From: a virus
Lineage: Duplodnaviria > Heunggongvirae > Uroviricota > Caudoviricetes
DNA length: 64,000 nt
Direction: 5' to 3' (one strand)
IMG/VR virus record: IMGVR_UViG_3300041411_000102
Location: 1 to 64,000 of that record
In this document: one piece after another, positions 55,565 through 64,000 of the stretch
How positions within the stretch are numbered: position 1 is the stretch's first letter
Layout: each line of letters begins with the position of its first letter
Translations under genes and position numbers: made by a program
Notes under the pieces: generated by a model
Seen by the model: only the letters and a program-made list of their open reading frames with translations
What the model was told of the DNA's origin: nothing
Database searches by the model: none

Positions 55565-55928
55565 CTAGCAACGACCTATTCAGCCACTGATCGTTCCAAT
55601 CAAAATCATCCTCAACATCCAGAATAGTAACTCTAACACCTACATCAGAAATCTCGTCCTTTTCTTCTTGGTTCAAACTATTAAAGTTTTCTCGGGTGAC
55701 AAATACAATCTCATCCGCCCACCAAATCAACGCTTGAGAGATTGGAATCAAGGCATACTCTTTATCACAACCTACAGCACGAGTGTTGAAACCAAACTCT
55801 TTGTGCAGCACATTAGCTAGGCTAGGTGAGCGAAGTAGTCCAGCCGAACAACAGCACAACACTTTCTTGGCCGATGTCTGAAACTTGTTACCTACGTTAG
55901 CCAGCTGGTTTCGTTTCCCTTTAAACAT
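55518..55928 (-). CDS. Low-molecular-weight protein-tyrosine-phosphatase / ArsC-like protein
   Basis: P-loop 'CCSAGLLRS' matches CX5R(S). About 136 aa. Confidence 0.5.
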   Translation of the reverse strand: MFKGKRNQLANVGNKFQTSAKKVLCCCSAGLLRSPSLANVLHKEFGFNTRAVGCDKEYALIPISQALIWWADEIVFVTRENFNSLNQEEKDEISDVGVRVTILDVEDDFDWNDQWLNRSLLGAYNNIWEKDSGRVS

Positions 55929-56101
55929 TTTCCTCTCCCTTCAAGCTTTCAATATACTCAAGCACAAGTTTAGTTTGTTCCATCGCAAACTCAATAAGAT
56001 GATTATCCTCTCAACCACATGCTTTAGAAATCTTCTTGCAGCGTTTGTTACAACCCTCAAGTTCACGGTGTAGTAGTGTCAGTTGTTTCTCTAGTTGTAG
56101 C

Positions 56102-56632
56102 TTATTCAATCCCAAGTTCCTTCTTAGCCTTCTCTACAATATCCTTAGCCTGTGCATACAGAGTAGGATCACCTTCAGTTAGCACTTCAAGCAACAACTC
56201 TTTCTCTTTAATATAAACCTTTGCAAAATCTTTATCGTGTTCAAGAATTGACTTGCTGTTAGAGATAAGATCTGCAAGTTTGATTGTCTTAGCTTGTGGT
56301 GAAGACTGTGCTGTGTGCATACGATCAATCTCTTTACGTCTGGCACGATTACCGTCTTCTGGTTTAGAGACATCTGAAAGCCAGCCAACAAGTTCAGCAA
56401 CTTCTTTTCCAAACTCCTTCTCAATCAATTCGTTTGTAATGTTGCAATCTTCCTGTACGTCATGTAGGTATGCTGCTGCAATCATATCATCCGTACCATA
56501 TGCAGCATAAACTGTCATTGCAACCTCTGCTGGATGGTGGTAATAAGACTCTCCAGTGTATTTTCTCTTTTGTTGAACAGCTTCGTGCGCAGCTATGGAG
56601 AATATACGAGCTTTACTTGTTAAATTGTTCAT
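56102..56632 (-). CDS. HD-domain hydrolase resembling the SpoT/RelA (p)ppGpp hydrolase domain (small alarmone hydrolase)
   Basis: 'HPAEVAMTV...AAYLHDVQED' fits the H...HD...D HD-domain signature. 176 aa. Confidence 0.65.
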   Translation of the reverse strand: MNNLTSKARIFSIAAHEAVQQKRKYTGESYYHHPAEVAMTVYAAYGTDDMIAAAYLHDVQEDCNITNELIEKEFGKEVAELVGWLSDVSKPEDGNRARRKEIDRMHTAQSSPQAKTIKLADLISNSKSILEHDKDFAKVYIKEKELLLEVLTEGDPTLYAQAKDIVEKAKKELGIE

Positions 56633-56649
56633 AGAACCTCCTATTTAAT

Positions 56650-56690
56650 TTGTACAACCACTATAACCAAAAAGAGGGCTCAAGCACAAT
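56650..56690 (-). terminator. Weak candidate terminator
   Basis: Minus-strand GGGC...GCCC hairpin followed by CTCTTTTT. Confidence 0.25.
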
Positions 56691-56711
56691 GCCCAAGTCC
56701 TCTATAAATCT

Positions 56712-56903
56712 CTATTGGTCGAATATTGTTGATGCATTTTCTTCATAATAAGTTTTAAGCATTTCACTGATTTCACGGGAACTCCAACCACGACCCACAA
56801 CTACTTCGTGGTATTTTCCTTTGTCTGAGTGAAATTTAGGGTTCCATTCACATGCGTACATCCAAGAAGAATCAGAAAAGAGGTACAAAATACTTCTGTC
56901 CAT
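56712..56903 (-). CDS. Hypothetical protein
   Basis: Tracked ORF. Confidence 0.45.
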   Translation of the reverse strand: MDRSILYLFSDSSWMYACEWNPKFHSDKGKYHEVVVGRGWSSREISEMLKTYYEENASTIFDQ

Positions 56904-56911
56904 GTTTCACC

Positions 56912-57355
56912 TCACAGATACTTAAGATCAAGGAAGCCTTCATACTCTTGGTGTGTAAAACTTACAATATTACTGGCTGCTCGAATGTAGCCAGTTTTCT
57001 TAGACATTGTAAGGCTTACTTTATGCACAATCTTACCTACACGGGCCTTACGAATCTTGTAGGTGCTGAAATTAAATGGAGATTTAAAACGATCACCACC
57101 ATGCCAATCTTGATAGAAGTTATTGTGCAATTTTACCATTGTCTGGAATGAAACGGTGCTACGTTTCTTGTTGTCGTAGTCGTTGCTCGCAAAATACCCT
57201 TGTAAAAGATTACGTGTATATCCCAAACCTTTGGCAAACTCAGTGAGACTTTTCAACTGAACTTTTTTAGTATCAATCATCTCCTCCGGTTGAATCCACT
57301 TGTCAGAGAGTTTCTTTGCTTCCTGTACCTCTTTGTCCATTTCAACGTCAGACAT
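56912..57355 (-). CDS. Hypothetical protein
   Basis: Tracked ORF. Confidence 0.5.
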   Translation of the reverse strand: MSDVEMDKEVQEAKKLSDKWIQPEEMIDTKKVQLKSLTEFAKGLGYTRNLLQGYFASNDYDNKKRSTVSFQTMVKLHNNFYQDWHGGDRFKSPFNFSTYKIRKARVGKIVHKVSLTMSKKTGYIRAASNIVSFTHQEYEGFLDLKYL

Positions 57356-57365
57356 TTTGTTCTCC

Positions 57366-57857
57366 TTAAATTTTAATTACTTCTACATTATTCGCACGAA
57401 GGTATTCAAGACCCGCCGTGCTTCGGTAGTCATTACGATAATAGACCTTTACGATACCGCTGTCAATGATATCAATTGAACAAAGCTCACAACATGCGTG
57501 TGTGCAGAAAAGTGAAGCCCCAATGGCGCTCTCATTGCTTTTAGCCAGTGCCAAAAGGCTGTTTTTCTCGGCATGCCTGCACTCTCGTTTAGTAACAAGT
57601 TTGTAGTGATGTCCTTCTTCGTCTTGGTATGGATAGATTTCTTTAAACTCTTCAACATCCATCCACCCACCTGCACCATTACTGTAAACCCTATCCTCAA
57701 GCGGACCTTCTAGGAAACTTGGTAGTCCATTATAAGAGACAGCAATCACTGCATTATTCTTGACTAAGCAGCAACCAACCTTGAGTCTGACACCTGAAGA
57801 TGTTTCAGCAGCAGCCTCTGCAATCCTCATGTACATAAGTTGATGTTTAAGTTTCAT
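57366..57857 (-). CDS. dCMP deaminase
   Basis: Zinc-binding motifs 'CRHAEKN' (H-A-E) and 'CTHACCELC' (PCxxC-type). Confidence 0.75.
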   Translation of the reverse strand: MKLKHQLMYMRIAEAAAETSSGVRLKVGCCLVKNNAVIAVSYNGLPSFLEGPLEDRVYSNGAGGWMDVEEFKEIYPYQDEEGHHYKLVTKRECRHAEKNSLLALAKSNESAIGASLFCTHACCELCSIDIIDSGIVKVYYRNDYRSTAGLEYLRANNVEVIKI

Positions 57858-58093
57858 GAGTAATAGCTACCCATCTTAACTGATTTGTTCAACTTAGCCA
57901 AACAGATAGTACAAGTGTCCCAGTAGTGAGTTTCTGAGTAGTAATCATAACCTGCACCATAATACTTCTCTTCAGCGACTAGGTATTCTTCTGGGTGCTG
58001 ACAGCTTGCCTCTACTTCTGATTTCAGTTTGTTGTATTTCTCTAAAGCTTTCAATGCTTGAGACTTCTTTTTAAGCAGCTCTTCTGTGTTCAT
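57854..58093 (-). CDS. Hypothetical protein
   Basis: ATGA coupling. Confidence 0.45.
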   Translation of the reverse strand: MNTEELLKKKSQALKALEKYNKLKSEVEASCQHPEEYLVAEEKYYGAGYDYYSETHYWDTCTICLAKLNKSVKMGSYYS

Positions 58094-58103
58094 AATTTTC
58101 TCC

Positions 58104-58418
58104 TCACTTCTTGCGGGTGGCCGTGCCTCTGCAACTTAGCTCTCCACTCTCTGATTTACTAACTGTCTTCTGAAGTTTGCTAGCTACAACAGTATACCGA
58201 TTTTTACCATAAACAGAATCTATATATTCTTGTGCAGTAACTCTTGATGAAGTATGCACAAACCAATATTCTCCCATAGCATTCTGAATATAAAAGGTTG
58301 ATGGTGGTATGAACAAATAATCCGTAAATGTTTGATAATCTACAATTGTTACTTTAGGATCTTTAGTTTTCTTTTCACTCGTAGTCATAGTCATAACCAT
58401 CCTCTGGGTAAGGTCCAT
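58104..58418 (-). CDS. Hypothetical protein
   Basis: Tracked ORF. Confidence 0.45.
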   Translation of the reverse strand: MDLTQRMVMTMTTSEKKTKDPKVTIVDYQTFTDYLFIPPSTFYIQNAMGEYWFVHTSSRVTAQEYIDSVYGKNRYTVVASKLQKTVSKSESGELSCRGTATRKK

Positions 58419-58507
58419 TCCATTCTTCTGTTTCTAGATCTTCTTCAGTATCTTCGTAATACTCATCAACACACTTATCCAAGAAAGAATCAAATGGTGA
58501 ATATGCA

Positions 58508-58690
58508 CTACTCATAGTTCAAAGCTTCTTTAACTGCTGATGTAACATCTTCTCCTAGATTATCCACACAGTCTTGCTCATCACCCAAAAGCCAACCTTC
58601 AATGCTCGATTCCAGCTGAGTTTCCATACTCCAGTCATTCTGGTTATTGCGCCGATGTGTTGCATCAAACATTTCTTTAGTTTTAATCAC
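58508..58690 (-). CDS. Hypothetical acidic protein
   Basis: Tracked ORF. Confidence 0.4.
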   Translation of the reverse strand: MIKTKEMFDATHRRNNQNDWSMETQLESSIEGWLLGDEQDCVDNLGEDVTSAVKEALNYE

Positions 58691-58875
58691 CTTACAAAGT
58701 GCTCCTCAATGTAAAAAGAAATTCCAGCCAAACTACCAGAGTCAAACAGTTCTAGTTCCAATGCTGAACAAACTGCTGTTGCTTTATCTTGGCTATCAAA
58801 CAAGCCAACATTCTCACGGTGTCCGAAATCTACTTTAACTAACATGTATAGTGGCATTTTATTCTCCTCAGTCAA
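58687..58875 (-). CDS. Hypothetical protein
   Basis: ATGA coupling. Confidence 0.45.
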   Translation of the reverse strand: MTEENKMPLYMLVKVDFGHRENVGLFDSQDKATAVCSALELELFDSGSLAGISFYIEEHFVR

Positions 58876-58996
58876 TACAATTAGATTCTACATCGTATCC
58901 CATATTCCAGTAAGGGTCTACATCAAAACAAATCTCTTGGATAGCTTGTACATCTTCTTGGTAGTCGTCAAGCTCTATAAGATCGTAGTAGTTCAT

Positions 58997-59221
58997 TTAA
59001 TCATCCTTTGCAAAACTAAACAAGCTTTTAATATCATCCCAAGGTACATTCTGATCAAGACAAACTTGTTTAGTACGTTTTACAATTACTTCGTGGAGCT
59101 TTGGTCGCCAAACATCTAGAACTTTCTTAACACCTTCGATATCCGTCTGAATAGACACCAAACCAATGATGCTCTCTGTCAGTTGGTGGTGTTCCTCCAA
59201 GTAAGTTAGTCGGTCCATCAT
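58997..59221 (-). CDS. Hypothetical protein
   Basis: Tracked ORF. Confidence 0.45.
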   Translation of the reverse strand: MMDRLTYLEEHHQLTESIIGLVSIQTDIEGVKKVLDVWRPKLHEVIVKRTKQVCLDQNVPWDDIKSLFSFAKDD

Positions 59222-59309
59222 TCTTCCTCCTCAGAATTCTCTGACTTTTCCTGTGCAGCAAGGTCAGCTTGTTGTTCTGCGATGAGCTCTTCAACTTCTT
59301 CGTAGGAAA

Positions 59310-59486
59310 TCACTTCACTTCCTCCCACATACGACTAATAAGAAGGTCCAATGCTTCATCAACCTCCTCCACAGAATCAACATCGCCAATTGTTGCCCAT
59401 TGAGCTGGTGTAGCTTCATACTTAAGGAATTTGTAACGTCTAGCATCCAATGTTAGCTCATTATATACTTCTTTACTAATGTTCAT
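59310..59486 (-). CDS. 58 aa small protein
   Basis: GGAGACGAAGA RBS. ATGA-coupled to 59483. Confidence 0.4.
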   Translation of the reverse strand: MNISKEVYNELTLDARRYKFLKYEATPAQWATIGDVDSVEEVDEALDLLISRMWEEVK

Positions 59487-59680
59487 TCTTCGTCTCCAAC
59501 TTGGTACATAGAAAGCTCATCATCAACCCACTCTTTAGCAACACCTACCCAATTCAAACCGTTAACTTGACCGTCTGCTTTCAGGTCTTCCATATAATCT
59601 GTAATTAGGTCCAAAGCCTTTTCAAGACCTTCTCGGTATCCTTTACGGAATTCAAAACTTTCATCATTATGAGTGTGCAT
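59483..59680 (-). CDS. Hypothetical acidic protein
   Basis: Tracked ORF. Confidence 0.45.
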   Translation of the reverse strand: MHTHNDESFEFRKGYREGLEKALDLITDYMEDLKADGQVNGLNWVGVAKEWVDDELSMYQVGDEE

Positions 59681-59750
59681 TTATTTTTCTCCTTTGTGTT
59701 TGGGTTAGTGGAGCCAATAATACATGCACTCCACTGGTTTGTGCAAGGGG

Positions 59751-60515
59751 TTATTCAGTTTCTTTCGCTACAGATTTTACTGGCTTTGCACGAGAAGCTT
59801 TCTTTTCAGCAGCGTCACGAGCTGCCAGAGCCTTCTTTACACCCAATTCTACAGCATCTGCAATGATTTCGGACAAACTAGGCATTTCGTCAAAGTCTTC
59901 TTCATCTTCAAGTGCTTGATTAGCTTGACATTCCGGCGAGCCACAATCACACGGAAGAGACTTCTGATATTCGTAGAAGTTTTCCATACGTGTTTCAAGT
60001 TCTTTTGCACCAAACCAGAATTCCTTACCATCATTACACAAAAGAACTTCTTCGTCCGTGAGCAGACCCTTGTAAGTTGAAGTAATTTCCTCTTCAAGCT
60101 GTTTAATACCAAACTCAGTTTGAGACTTTACATCAGGATTTTTCCCCACAGAACCCCAAAACGCGCAATGCGCCATGAACTGAATGTGTTCAGCCCAACC
60201 GTGTTGCTTGCAAGCCAAGAAGATTCCTGTTGCAGCGCTCATACAGTCATACTCAATGAATCCGACAACATTTGCCTCGGATTCTTGTATTGCGTTGATC
60301 ACCATTCGTTCGCTAGCAACAGACCCACCCCTCGAATTTATACGGATCAAAATTTCATCTTGTGGTCCAGAACTACGTAGAATATTACACAAATCAACAT
60401 AATTCTCAGGTTCTGTAATAGGACCGGTCAAATAATAAGTATGTTGCTGACCACGGACTTCAGTTGTAAAGATGTTCTTCGGTTGAAAGAACGGCATAAA
60501 GTTTTCTTCACTCAT
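59751..60515 (-). CDS. ClpP-like (S14) serine protease
   Basis: 'IRINSRGGSVASERMVINAIQESEANVVGFIEYDCMSAATGIFLA' resembles the ClpP core 'INSPGG...IYDTMQ...MGQAAS'. Confidence 0.55.
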   Translation of the reverse strand: MSEENFMPFFQPKNIFTTEVRGQQHTYYLTGPITEPENYVDLCNILRSSGPQDEILIRINSRGGSVASERMVINAIQESEANVVGFIEYDCMSAATGIFLACKQHGWAEHIQFMAHCAFWGSVGKNPDVKSQTEFGIKQLEEEITSTYKGLLTDEEVLLCNDGKEFWFGAKELETRMENFYEYQKSLPCDCGSPECQANQALEDEEDFDEMPSLSEIIADAVELGVKKALAARDAAEKKASRAKPVKSVAKETE

Positions 60516-61201
60516 TCGGGCATCTCCCAGTCTAGATTAAAACCATAATATTCAATTTCTGCATCACGTCTAGCTTTTGCAGCATCTTTCAGGTCTTTGA
60601 AGAAACCAAGATAGTGCCTTTTATAGTTCTTTGTAATTGTTGCTACAAAACCATAACCATCTCCACTGTCTCTGATACCCGGAATACCATATCGACTTTT
60701 CTTCGGCCTCTGATTAAATTTTTGTAAACTAAGATCATCTGTCCAAATACAATTTTCTGGAGAATACCCTTTGTTAACATCAACCCTTTCAATAGTGTGC
60801 TGTGGTGATGGTCGAAGCCCCATATCTTCTATGAAGTTGTTAATCCCATCGATTCCAGCCGCTAACCAACGATCACAGACATCAATACCCCTAGAACCAT
60901 AGTTTTTACTAGCCTTTGATGTAGGAGTACAGCGCTTTTTAATCTGACTTAGAATTTTATATTCATCAGATTGTACAACCCCACCAAATGATTTCTTATC
61001 AGCTGCATCTTGGTAAGCACATCCACAAGAAGTTGTGTGACCAAATCTAAGTGACTCTGCCTTTACCTCAATCTCTCCTCCGCACTCGCAAATACATTTC
61101 CATTTTCGATAAGATCGGCCTGAAGGTGCCCTGAACTGGAACACCTCCTTAGCTATTAGTTTACCGAACCTCTCGTTAGTTAAGTCTAATGGTACACCCA
61201 C
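60512..61201 (-). CDS. Homing-endonuclease-like protein, paralogue 5
   Basis: 'KNYGSRGIDVCDRWL...FIEDMGLRP...IERVDVNKGYSPENCIWT'. Inserted between phoH and the ClpP-like gene. Confidence 0.6.
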   Translation of the reverse strand: MGVPLDLTNERFGKLIAKEVFQFRAPSGRSYRKWKCICECGGEIEVKAESLRFGHTTSCGCAYQDAADKKSFGGVVQSDEYKILSQIKKRCTPTSKASKNYGSRGIDVCDRWLAAGIDGINNFIEDMGLRPSPQHTIERVDVNKGYSPENCIWTDDLSLQKFNQRPKKSRYGIPGIRDSGDGYGFVATITKNYKRHYLGFFKDLKDAAKARRDAEIEYYGFNLDWEMPE

Positions 61202-61210
61202 AATATCTCC

Positions 61211-62017
61211 TCATTCATTCTCTTTTGCTCGATCTTTCATCATCCCAATTGCAATATCTTTAACCAACCCACCACGAACAATTTCATCTGGGGAGTTAAA
61301 GTCAATTACTGCAACACCTTTCAAGTTGTGACGTTTTGAGAAAGACATGAACCACTCAAGACCAGACTCACCTTGAATATCCTTCTGCAAAATATCACCG
61401 CAGAGGACCAATTTGCAGTTATCAGATACTCGCGTAACAATACTTTGCATTTCTTCCTTTGTGGTCTGTTGTGATTCGTCGATGATCAGAAATGATGGCA
61501 TGTCAAAGGAACGACCACGGATGGACTCCACTTCCTGCACCTGAATTTCACCTGACTCCCCGTCTTTCAGTGCAATTTCGTATGCCCCGGCACCAATACG
61601 AGACTTAATAGTATCAAGTACGTTACGCACGTAGGGGTATAATTTCATCAGCGATGTGCCGGGTTTATAGCCTGATGTTTTACCAGTTTGGACATATGCA
61701 CGAGCTACGATAATTTGTTTGATTTCGTTCTTACGGAACTTATCAGCAGCCACAACAGCAGCACAAAAAGTCTTACCCGTGCCATGCAATCCCAAGCATA
61801 CGATTGCTTTTACTTCAGGATCTTCCAAAAGACGGAAGTATTCTTTCTGTTTTGCAGTCTTAGCCACAACTGGTGGCGGGTTATTACGTTCCTCCAGAAA
61901 CTTTTCCTTAATCTCAGGCTTAACACCACCATTTCTGGTGGACCGTGTTTTCTTCCTCGGGACCAATACTTCTTGGTCATCGACTACAGTTAGATATGCC
62001 CGACTTTTACCCGCCAT
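61211..62017 (-). CDS. phoH: PhoH-like ATPase
   Basis: Walker A 'GLHGTGKT' and Walker B 'FLIIDESQ'. Typical PhoH length. Confidence 0.8.
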   Translation of the reverse strand: MAGKSRAYLTVVDDQEVLVPRKKTRSTRNGGVKPEIKEKFLEERNNPPPVVAKTAKQKEYFRLLEDPEVKAIVCLGLHGTGKTFCAAVVAADKFRKNEIKQIIVARAYVQTGKTSGYKPGTSLMKLYPYVRNVLDTIKSRIGAGAYEIALKDGESGEIQVQEVESIRGRSFDMPSFLIIDESQQTTKEEMQSIVTRVSDNCKLVLCGDILQKDIQGESGLEWFMSFSKRHNLKGVAVIDFNSPDEIVRGGLVKDIAIGMMKDRAKENE

Positions 62018-62119
62018 ATTAGTATTTCCTTCTCAGTAATTAAATTTTCACACCTTTTCTTTACTTCACCACTTTCCCAACATCTCTAGCTTCCCACACT
62101 TCAATCTATTATGCAAGCT

Positions 62120-62356
62120 TTATTTCACGATATACACAGGTTCTGTAGAGTCTTTCCAGCTTTCTAGTTCCTTTAGCTTCCCCTCCCTGTCCAACTCAGC
62201 CAAACTATTACTCATCCCTGTATTCGTAGTCTCCTTCTCAGGGTCAGTTGTAGCAATGATTGCACGAAGTTTATGCATGTAATCCATTAGGGGACTTTCA
62301 TGATGCACATGCTCAAGTCGTTCATGAATCCACTTCAAGAAATCTCTGTCTTTCAT
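62120..62356 (-). CDS. Hypothetical protein
   Basis: Tracked ORF. Confidence 0.45.
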   Translation of the reverse strand: MKDRDFLKWIHERLEHVHHESPLMDYMHKLRAIIATTDPEKETTNTGMSNSLAELDREGKLKELESWKDSTEPVYIVK

Positions 62357-62589
62357 TTAATTAGCCCCGCATTTTTAAACAATTGAATCGTTTCATAATT
62401 AGCAACGAACATATCTTCCCCTTTCTGTTGAGCATTCATAGCAGCTCCATACAGTGCAAGAGACATGATCTTTTTAATTGAATCCTCTTCAATTTGTGGA
62501 TCTTTGCAAGGCTTCACTTGTGGCATACGACTATTACGAGTAGCCATCCCGCCCTCCATATCACTACCCGGATACGCTTCTTGTACCAT
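62353..62589 (-). CDS. Hypothetical protein
   Basis: ATGA coupling. Confidence 0.45.
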   Translation of the reverse strand: MVQEAYPGSDMEGGMATRNSRMPQVKPCKDPQIEEDSIKKIMSLALYGAAMNAQQKGEDMFVANYETIQLFKNAGLIK

Positions 62590-62870
62590 TACTTCCCCTC
62601 CAATTCAAGTGCCCAATCAAGCTCATCATAAAGATGTGTACTCTTCAGGACATTAGTTAGTTTAATATTAACCCGTTCCAAATATGCCTTCTCCTCTATG
62701 CATTTGCTCAACACATGATACAAAGCTTCAGCATAACCTATTTGATTAAGGTTAGGGTCCATTAATACTTGTTGGAGAGTGCCGTAGCATCCGTTTGGAT
62801 CTAGCATCCGCAGCTTGTCAATCTCCTGTGGTTTCATTCTTCTCTCCAAACAATTTATTATGAGCTTCAA
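62589..62870 (-). CDS. Hypothetical protein
   Basis: Tracked ORF. Confidence 0.45.
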   Translation of the reverse strand: MKLIINCLERRMKPQEIDKLRMLDPNGCYGTLQQVLMDPNLNQIGYAEALYHVLSKCIEEKAYLERVNIKLTNVLKSTHLYDELDWALELEGK

Positions 62871-63330
62871 TCAAATCACTGTGCAGATCACAGCGAGAAT
62901 TCATCCTAGCATACCACGCTTTATACTTCTCAACTCCTTCTTGTTCAATTTGTGAAAGCATCCATTCTTCCCAACTACCAGATTTGTTGAAGAGATGTCT
63001 AAAGTCTTCGTGACTGATGCATTCGTCTGTGTTGAATGTTCCACAGACTGTTAATAGATCTATTTCTTTCTGAAGCCTACTTCCAAATTGTGCTAGTTTG
63101 GCTTTTCGTATATCTTGTCCATCAATAGCAGACTGCACACCTCTATCGAAATCCAGAAGATCTTCAATTGTCGGTATGTCTTTTGGATCGAATGTTCCAA
63201 GACCAGTTAGTAATAGATCAAAGTCTTCAACCTCTATTGGTCCTAGGCAATGATCTGACGAGCACCCACCTAGTCGTTCAAAGTCTGTCAGGGTGTCGTA
63301 AGGTTTACCGCTTGAGCAGCATACTTTCAT
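62818..63330 (-). CDS. Hypothetical protein
   Basis: Tracked ORF. Confidence 0.5.
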   Translation of the reverse strand: MKVCCSSGKPYDTLTDFERLGGCSSDHCLGPIEVEDFDLLLTGLGTFDPKDIPTIEDLLDFDRGVQSAIDGQDIRKAKLAQFGSRLQKEIDLLTVCGTFNTDECISHEDFRHLFNKSGSWEEWMLSQIEQEGVEKYKAWYARMNSRCDLHSDLIEAHNKLFGEKNETTGD

Positions 63331-63626
63331 TCTTCATCCTCCCAGTAATCAAGCTCTACATAGTCTGACCAATCAGCTTCACAGCCGCATTCTGACGGTT
63401 CGTATGCATGGCAAAAGCAATCCCTAATGTTTAAGACTCTAGCCCCATGACAAGCTCCACATTCAATACCATCTTGAGCAAACTCTTCCAGTCTATCTCT
63501 ACAGAATTCACACTCCCTAGTATCAAATTCCCGCATTGTTTCCTCATCGATAGCGCCGATTTTAAGCAGTGCTTCAACCGAACTGTGAATCGACTCTAAA
63601 GCCTCACTTTTGAATTCTTTAGTCAC
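63327..63626 (-). CDS. Cys-rich acidic protein, zinc-binding
   Basis: 'CEFCRD...CGACHG...CFCHAYEPSECGCE'. Confidence 0.45.
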   Translation of the reverse strand: MTKEFKSEALESIHSSVEALLKIGAIDEETMREFDTRECEFCRDRLEEFAQDGIECGACHGARVLNIRDCFCHAYEPSECGCEADWSDYVELDYWEDEE

Positions 63627-63796
63627 TCTTCCACCTCGAACCTTGCGTTAAAGCCAATCCAGTAACAAGCTACAAGAAGTTCCTCTTCTGTCTTGGACAA
63701 TTTCTCAAGTTTCTTAATGACAGCATCGTTTCTTGTGAACCCACCATCAATAGCTTGATCGTGAAGCATATCTTTTAATTCATTAATGTCGCTCAT
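63623..63796 (-). CDS. 57 aa small protein
   Basis: AGGGGAATTAG RBS. Translated by hand. Confidence 0.4.
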   Translation of the reverse strand: MSDINELKDMLHDQAIDGGFTRNDAVIKKLEKLSKTEEELLVACYWIGFNARFEVEE

Positions 63797-63823
63797 CTAA
63801 TTCCCCTATTTATAACCTTTAGG

Positions 63824-63988
63824 TTAGTACCAAACATTACTTTGCATTGTATACGGAGGCACTAGATACATACTAGCAAATTCCTCTGCTGATTGCTTTG
63901 TACTGAATTCTGCAAGTCTTTCTTTTCCGTAGTACACACGGAAAGGTTTCTTGGATTTGTATTTCATTTCGCAGATACGGATTTTCAT
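63824..63988 (-). CDS. 54 aa small protein
   Basis: Strong AGGAGTGTTTAA RBS. Translated by hand. Confidence 0.4.
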   Translation of the reverse strand: MKIRICEMKYKSKKPFRVYYGKERLAEFSTKQSAEEFASMYLVPPYTMQSNVWY

Positions 63989-64000
63989 TTAAACACTCCT

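Noticed and set aside
55983-56010. TATCCT hexamer on the plus strand at 56004
   Set aside because: It has no -35-like element 17 nt upstream and sits inside a minus-strand operon, so it is probably a chance occurrence and not a fourth copy of the promoter.
1-64000. CRISPR array or other long tandem repeats
   Set aside because: I did not see any regularly spaced direct repeats of 25-40 bp. The only repeats are the short iteron-like words at 49.9-50.2 kb and the 60 bp duplication at 37.6/37.9 kb.

Overview
This 64 kb window looks like part of a tailed, lytic dsDNA phage of a Gram-negative host, AT-rich at roughly 40% GC.

The genes fall into four strand blocks:
- A (+, 1-6005): the end of the late structural module and a complete lysis cassette. 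The structural part has a baseplate J-like fragment, a second baseplate/tail protein, a tail fibre and a beta-helix tailspike. The lysis cassette has a SAR endolysin, a holin, an i-spanin and an out-of-frame overlapping o-spanin, followed by two further i-spanin-like membrane proteins.
- B (-, 6116-32215): replication and nucleotide-metabolism genes. The replication genes are T7-like, carrying a gp4-like primase-helicase, a family-A DNA polymerase, a gp2.5-like SSB, a 5'-3' exonuclease and an endonuclease VII-like protein. The nucleotide genes are a ~739 aa ribonucleotide reductase, ThyX, a MazG-like protein, a HAD 5'-nucleotidase and a second MazG-like dNTP pyrophosphohydrolase. The block also carries an HTH-PPP phosphatase and an SPFH/band-7 operon.
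- C (+, 32469-49526): about 60 small translationally coupled early genes, plus a 441 aa protein with family-A polymerase motifs A, B and C.
- D (-, 50298-63988): PhoH, a ClpP-like protease, dCMP deaminase, an HD-domain (p)ppGpp-hydrolase-like protein, an LMW-PTP-like phosphatase and a split HExxH peptidase.

Blocks B and C diverge from a promoter region at 32216-32468. Blocks C and D converge on a 770 bp repeat-rich non-coding region at 49527-50297.

At least nine homing-endonuclease-like genes are scattered through the window, four of the HNH_3/HNH class and five paralogues of a second family.

No CRISPR array, rRNA or convincing tRNA was seen. Every function is inferred from motifs I recognised by eye in the translations, and all of it needs confirmation by database search.
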